Position numbers and translations under genes: made by a program. Of a DNA stretch of 64,000 nt, positions 61,145-64,000 are shown piece after piece. The stretch is from Candidatus Latescibacterota bacterium (GTDB lineage Bacteria > Latescibacterota > UBA2968 > UBA8231). A model generated the notes under the pieces. That model saw nothing but the letters and a program-made list of their open reading frames with translations, had not been told where the DNA came from and made no database searches. Within the stretch, counting starts at the first letter, position 1. Every line of letters begins with the position of its first letter. The stretch spans positions 2,624,001 to 2,688,000 of the forward strand of contig CBDETY010000003.1 in NCBI GenBank assembly GCA_965243025.1. Reading direction: 5' to 3'.

Positions 61145-61220
61145 GCGGGAGTAGCTCAGTTGGTAGAGCCCAACGTTGCCAACGTTGTTGTCGCGGGTTC
61201 GAGTCCCGTCTCCCGCTCCA
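61145..61220 (+). tRNA. tRNA-Gly (GCC)
   Basis: 76 nt; GCGGGAG/CTCCCGC acceptor stem, AGTTGGTA D-loop, CAACG-TTGCCAA-CGTTG anticodon arm, GTTCGA, encoded CCA. Confidence 0.97.
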
Positions 61221-61335
61221 TCACATTTCACTGAACGGTTGCACTGACCGGGTTTCCCGGCCAGCAGATCAAAAATCGGATGTTGTCGCCTGCGGGCAAT
61301 CTGCCCCGGGGCAGGCGGCAGCCGAACGAGAACCG

Positions 61336-61370
61336 ACCCGGCCCGGGTTTTGCGGCCGGGTTTCTTTTTT
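61336..61370 (+). terminator. Rho-independent terminator downstream of the tRNA
   Basis: ACCCGGCC...GGCCGGGT followed by TTCTTTTTT. Confidence 0.75.
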
Positions 61371-61404
61371 GCACCCCCGGCCTCCCCGCCGGCGGGGCTC
61401 CGCC

Positions 61405-63783
61405 TCACGCCCTGCCCTCGCGCAGCTGCAGCAACGCCGGCAAGAGGGTGACCGCGGCGACGAAGCAGCAGCCCAGCCCGAACAGCGAAACCGTGCCGAT
61501 CCAGTAGAGCGCCGGGTGGTGGGCGGGCACCAGCCCGGCGAACCCGACCATCGTCGTCATCGTCGTCGCAACCAGCGCCACTCCGGTGGTGCGCAGCACC
61601 AGGCGCAGCGAGCCCTTCCCGGACTCGCGGTAGCGGTGGAAGATGTGCACGGCGTTGTCGATACCCATGCCGATGATCGTCGGGAAGGCGACCATGTTGT
61701 AGATGTTGACGCGGTAGTCGAGCAGGTACATGAACCCGGTCACCCAGGCCAGGGCGGTCAGCAACGGCGTCAGCACGAGCACGGTGTCGACGGGGTTGCG
61801 CAGATCGATAAGCAGAACCGCGAAGACGACGAGCAGGGTCACCACCACCGCCTTCACCGCATCGTCGAGCATCAGCTCGAGCATCTCGGCGAAGATGATG
61901 TGGGCGCTCGAGGCGTGCCAGGTGCTCTCCCCGGTGCGGATCTCCTTGATCTCGCGGGCGAAGTTCATGGCGTTGCGGCCGTCGCGGAGAGGAACCGCGG
62001 CGTTGATCATCACGAACGACAGGATGTCGCCGTCCTTGCTCGAAAAGCTCTTGGTAAGGTCCTCGGGCAGATCTTCCAGGGTGAGCCGCTCGACCTCCAG
62101 GTACTGCCGCAGGGAATCGAGGCGGGCCCGGTCGCCTTCGCTCAACAGCTTCTCGTTGCCCTCGACGAGGGCGCGGATGTCGGCGATCAGCGCGAGCTTG
62201 GCCTCCTGGTCCGCCGGCAGGGCGCTGTAGACGCTCTTGACCGAGCGGATGGTCGACGAATCCCCCCGGGCGGCCCTGATCCTCTTCACGGCCGCAACCA
62301 CTTCCGTCGCTTCCTCGAAGCTCTCGGTCAGAACGATCGCCGGGGAGCGGGTCTCCTTGAGATCCTCGGGAAGCGTCGCCTGCGGGCCGGAGCGCGGCAG
62401 CTCCGGACGCAGCTTCTTGAAGTCGTACTCGAACTGGAGGTCGTTCAGGTGGTAGAGGGAATAGGCGGTAGCGGCCAGCCCGAGAGCCACCGTCGCGATC
62501 GAGAAAGGATAGCGGCCCATGCGCAGCAGGTGGACGGGAACGCTCTTCTGCTGCAGCCGGATCAGGTCCAGGCGCTCGGCGAGCACGATGAAGGCGGGAC
62601 AGACGACGAGCATCGCCCCGAGAGAGAAGAGGATGCCGGTGCCGACGATGAACCCGAACTCCGAGAACCCCTTGAAATCGGAAAACAGCAGCGAGAAGAA
62701 GGCTACGGAGGTGGTGACCGCGGTGGTCGTCAGGGCGCTGCCGGTGTGGACCACGGTCTCGACGAGGGCGTCCTCGGTGCCCATGCCGCGGCGGCGGGCT
62801 TCGCGGTAGCGGGCGAAGATGTGGATGCCGAAATCGATGCCGAGGCCGAACAGGATCGCGAACAGGCAGACAGTGATCTGGTTGAGGTTGCCGATGACGA
62901 CCTTGGTCAGGCCGAAGGTCCAGGCAAGCGACATCAGCAGCGGAACGATGATGAAGATCGGCGCGAAAACCTGGCGGAAGTGGAAGGATATGAGCAGCAG
63001 AACCCCGACGAAGGCCAGCATCGCCGAAGACTTGAGATCGTCGACGACGACCTCGTACTGCTGGGAGGCGTTCTTGAAGCTGCCCTGGTAGTCGCACTGG
63101 ATGTCGGGGTGGAAACGGGCCGGGTCGATCGCCGCGATGGTCTCGTCCAGGCTGCGGCGCAGCTGGCGGGTGAACTCGATGTCGGTTATCACCCCGGTCG
63201 GATACAGGCGCAGGATCACCCCATTCTTTTCCTCGGTCAGGTAGAAATCCTTCTCGAGGCCGCTGGCCTGGTGCCCCTCGTACTTCCGCTCGATGTCGCT
63301 GAAATCGAGGCCATCCCCCTCTGCGTCCTCCTCCCCGAACCCGAAGTAGAGGGGGGAGCGTTTCAGCTTTTCGAGCTCGACGTGGTCCTCGACGCGGCGG
63401 CGGATCTCCTCGAGATCCCCGGTCTCCATGTAGAGCAGGCGGTTGCGGCTGAAGAACCCGGTGCTCTTGCCGCGGATCACCGAGCTGATCAGTGGGTTGC
63501 GTTCCAGCGAGTCGGCGAGGACGAGCATGAAGTCGACGCAGCGCTGCAGGTCGCTGCCGGTGACGATGACCATCGAAGGACCGATGCCTCCGACCCGCTC
63601 CTTGATGCGGTTGAGCTCGCGAACGCTGTTGTAGTTGTCGGGCAGCAGGTCGGCCGAATCCGCCTTGATGCGCAGCTGCACGGCGAAGCTGCCGGCTGCC
63701 AGCGACAGGGCCAACGCCACCAGGATGATGCCTATGTGGTGGTGATAGACGTAATGGACTATGCGTTCGTAGCTGACGCGCAT
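61405..63783 (-). CDS. MMPL/RND-family transporter (HpnN-like lipid exporter)
   Basis: Two repeats with GLGIDFGIH and GMGIDNAVH, TTTAVTT, FKGFSEFG. Confidence 0.9.
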   Translation of the reverse strand: MRVSYERIVHYVYHHHIGIILVALALSLAAGSFAVQLRIKADSADLLPDNYNSVRELNRIKERVGGIGPSMVIVTGSDLQRCVDFMLVLADSLERNPLISSVIRGKSTGFFSRNRLLYMETGDLEEIRRRVEDHVELEKLKRSPLYFGFGEEDAEGDGLDFSDIERKYEGHQASGLEKDFYLTEEKNGVILRLYPTGVITDIEFTRQLRRSLDETIAAIDPARFHPDIQCDYQGSFKNASQQYEVVVDDLKSSAMLAFVGVLLLISFHFRQVFAPIFIIVPLLMSLAWTFGLTKVVIGNLNQITVCLFAILFGLGIDFGIHIFARYREARRRGMGTEDALVETVVHTGSALTTTAVTTSVAFFSLLFSDFKGFSEFGFIVGTGILFSLGAMLVVCPAFIVLAERLDLIRLQQKSVPVHLLRMGRYPFSIATVALGLAATAYSLYHLNDLQFEYDFKKLRPELPRSGPQATLPEDLKETRSPAIVLTESFEEATEVVAAVKRIRAARGDSSTIRSVKSVYSALPADQEAKLALIADIRALVEGNEKLLSEGDRARLDSLRQYLEVERLTLEDLPEDLTKSFSSKDGDILSFVMINAAVPLRDGRNAMNFAREIKEIRTGESTWHASSAHIIFAEMLELMLDDAVKAVVVTLLVVFAVLLIDLRNPVDTVLVLTPLLTALAWVTGFMYLLDYRVNIYNMVAFPTIIGMGIDNAVHIFHRYRESGKGSLRLVLRTTGVALVATTMTTMVGFAGLVPAHHPALYWIGTVSLFGLGCCFVAAVTLLPALLQLREGRA

Positions 63784-63793
63784 CGCTTCCCGA

Positions 63794-64000
63794 TCAGTCG
63801 GCCGACAGGCCCTCGAGCTGGCTCTTGAGCCGCTGCAGCAGCTTCTCGAAGGAGTGGCGCTCGATGTAGCGGGCGTACTGGCGGCGGTTGCCCGCGGCGG
63901 TTCCGGCGCCGTCGATGGCGAGATCGTAGATGCGCCAGCCGCCGTCTACCCGGTGCAGGTGGTAGGTGATGGGGACGCGCTCGCGCCGCAGCGGGGCGGT
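63794..64000 (-). CDS. MlaC/Ttg2D-like lipid-binding protein, 3' part (runs off window)
   Basis: Hand translation ...VPITYHLHRVDGGWRIYDLAIDGAGTAAGNRRQY...LLQRLK...*; adjacent to the MMPL gene. Confidence 0.8.
   Translation of the reverse strand, partial: TAPLRRERVPITYHLHRVDGGWRIYDLAIDGAGTAAGNRRQYARYIERHSFEKLLQRLKSQLEGLSAD

Noticed and set aside
61145-61220. tRNA-Gly as an island integration site
   Set aside because: No duplicate of its 3' end noticed in the window and flanking genes look core-like

Overview
High-GC bacterial chromosomal window, most consistent with an uncultured diderm of the Latescibacterota/FCB-like or sponge-symbiont type (inferred from gene content, not proven). Core-like segments are at 1-2185 (mnmG) and about 38100-64000 (adk, dusB, recQ, hemJ, nfo, PBP1A, tRNA-Gly(GCC), MMPL/MlaC, and many catabolic enzymes including three PhyH dioxygenases). 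They flank a visibly less GC-rich accessory region of about 36 kb that has gene debris at both edges. The best candidate for an undescribed system is a co-oriented minus-strand cluster at 13920-37180. It holds three paralogous ~950-aa secreted proteins (likely beta-barrel-like, with Asp/Asn-rich Ca-binding loops) and three paralogous secreted proteins ending in a TPN(G/Q)DG/FlgD-Ig sorting-like domain. It also holds a two-domain parvulin chaperone, a TPR lipoprotein, a secreted protein with an 'SWGRIK' tail and a membrane-fused spermidine-synthase-like enzyme. Together these suggest a surface secretion/display module analogous to T9SS type-B substrates and their cognate barrels. Features not in the ORF track include an 87-bp inverted copy of one substrate's 5' region, a 17-bp stop-RBS-start duplication, deletion-derived mini/chimeric genes, a sulfatase pseudogene and a group II intron remnant. 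No CRISPR array or rRNA was seen. All functional calls come from motif recognition only; no searches were run.
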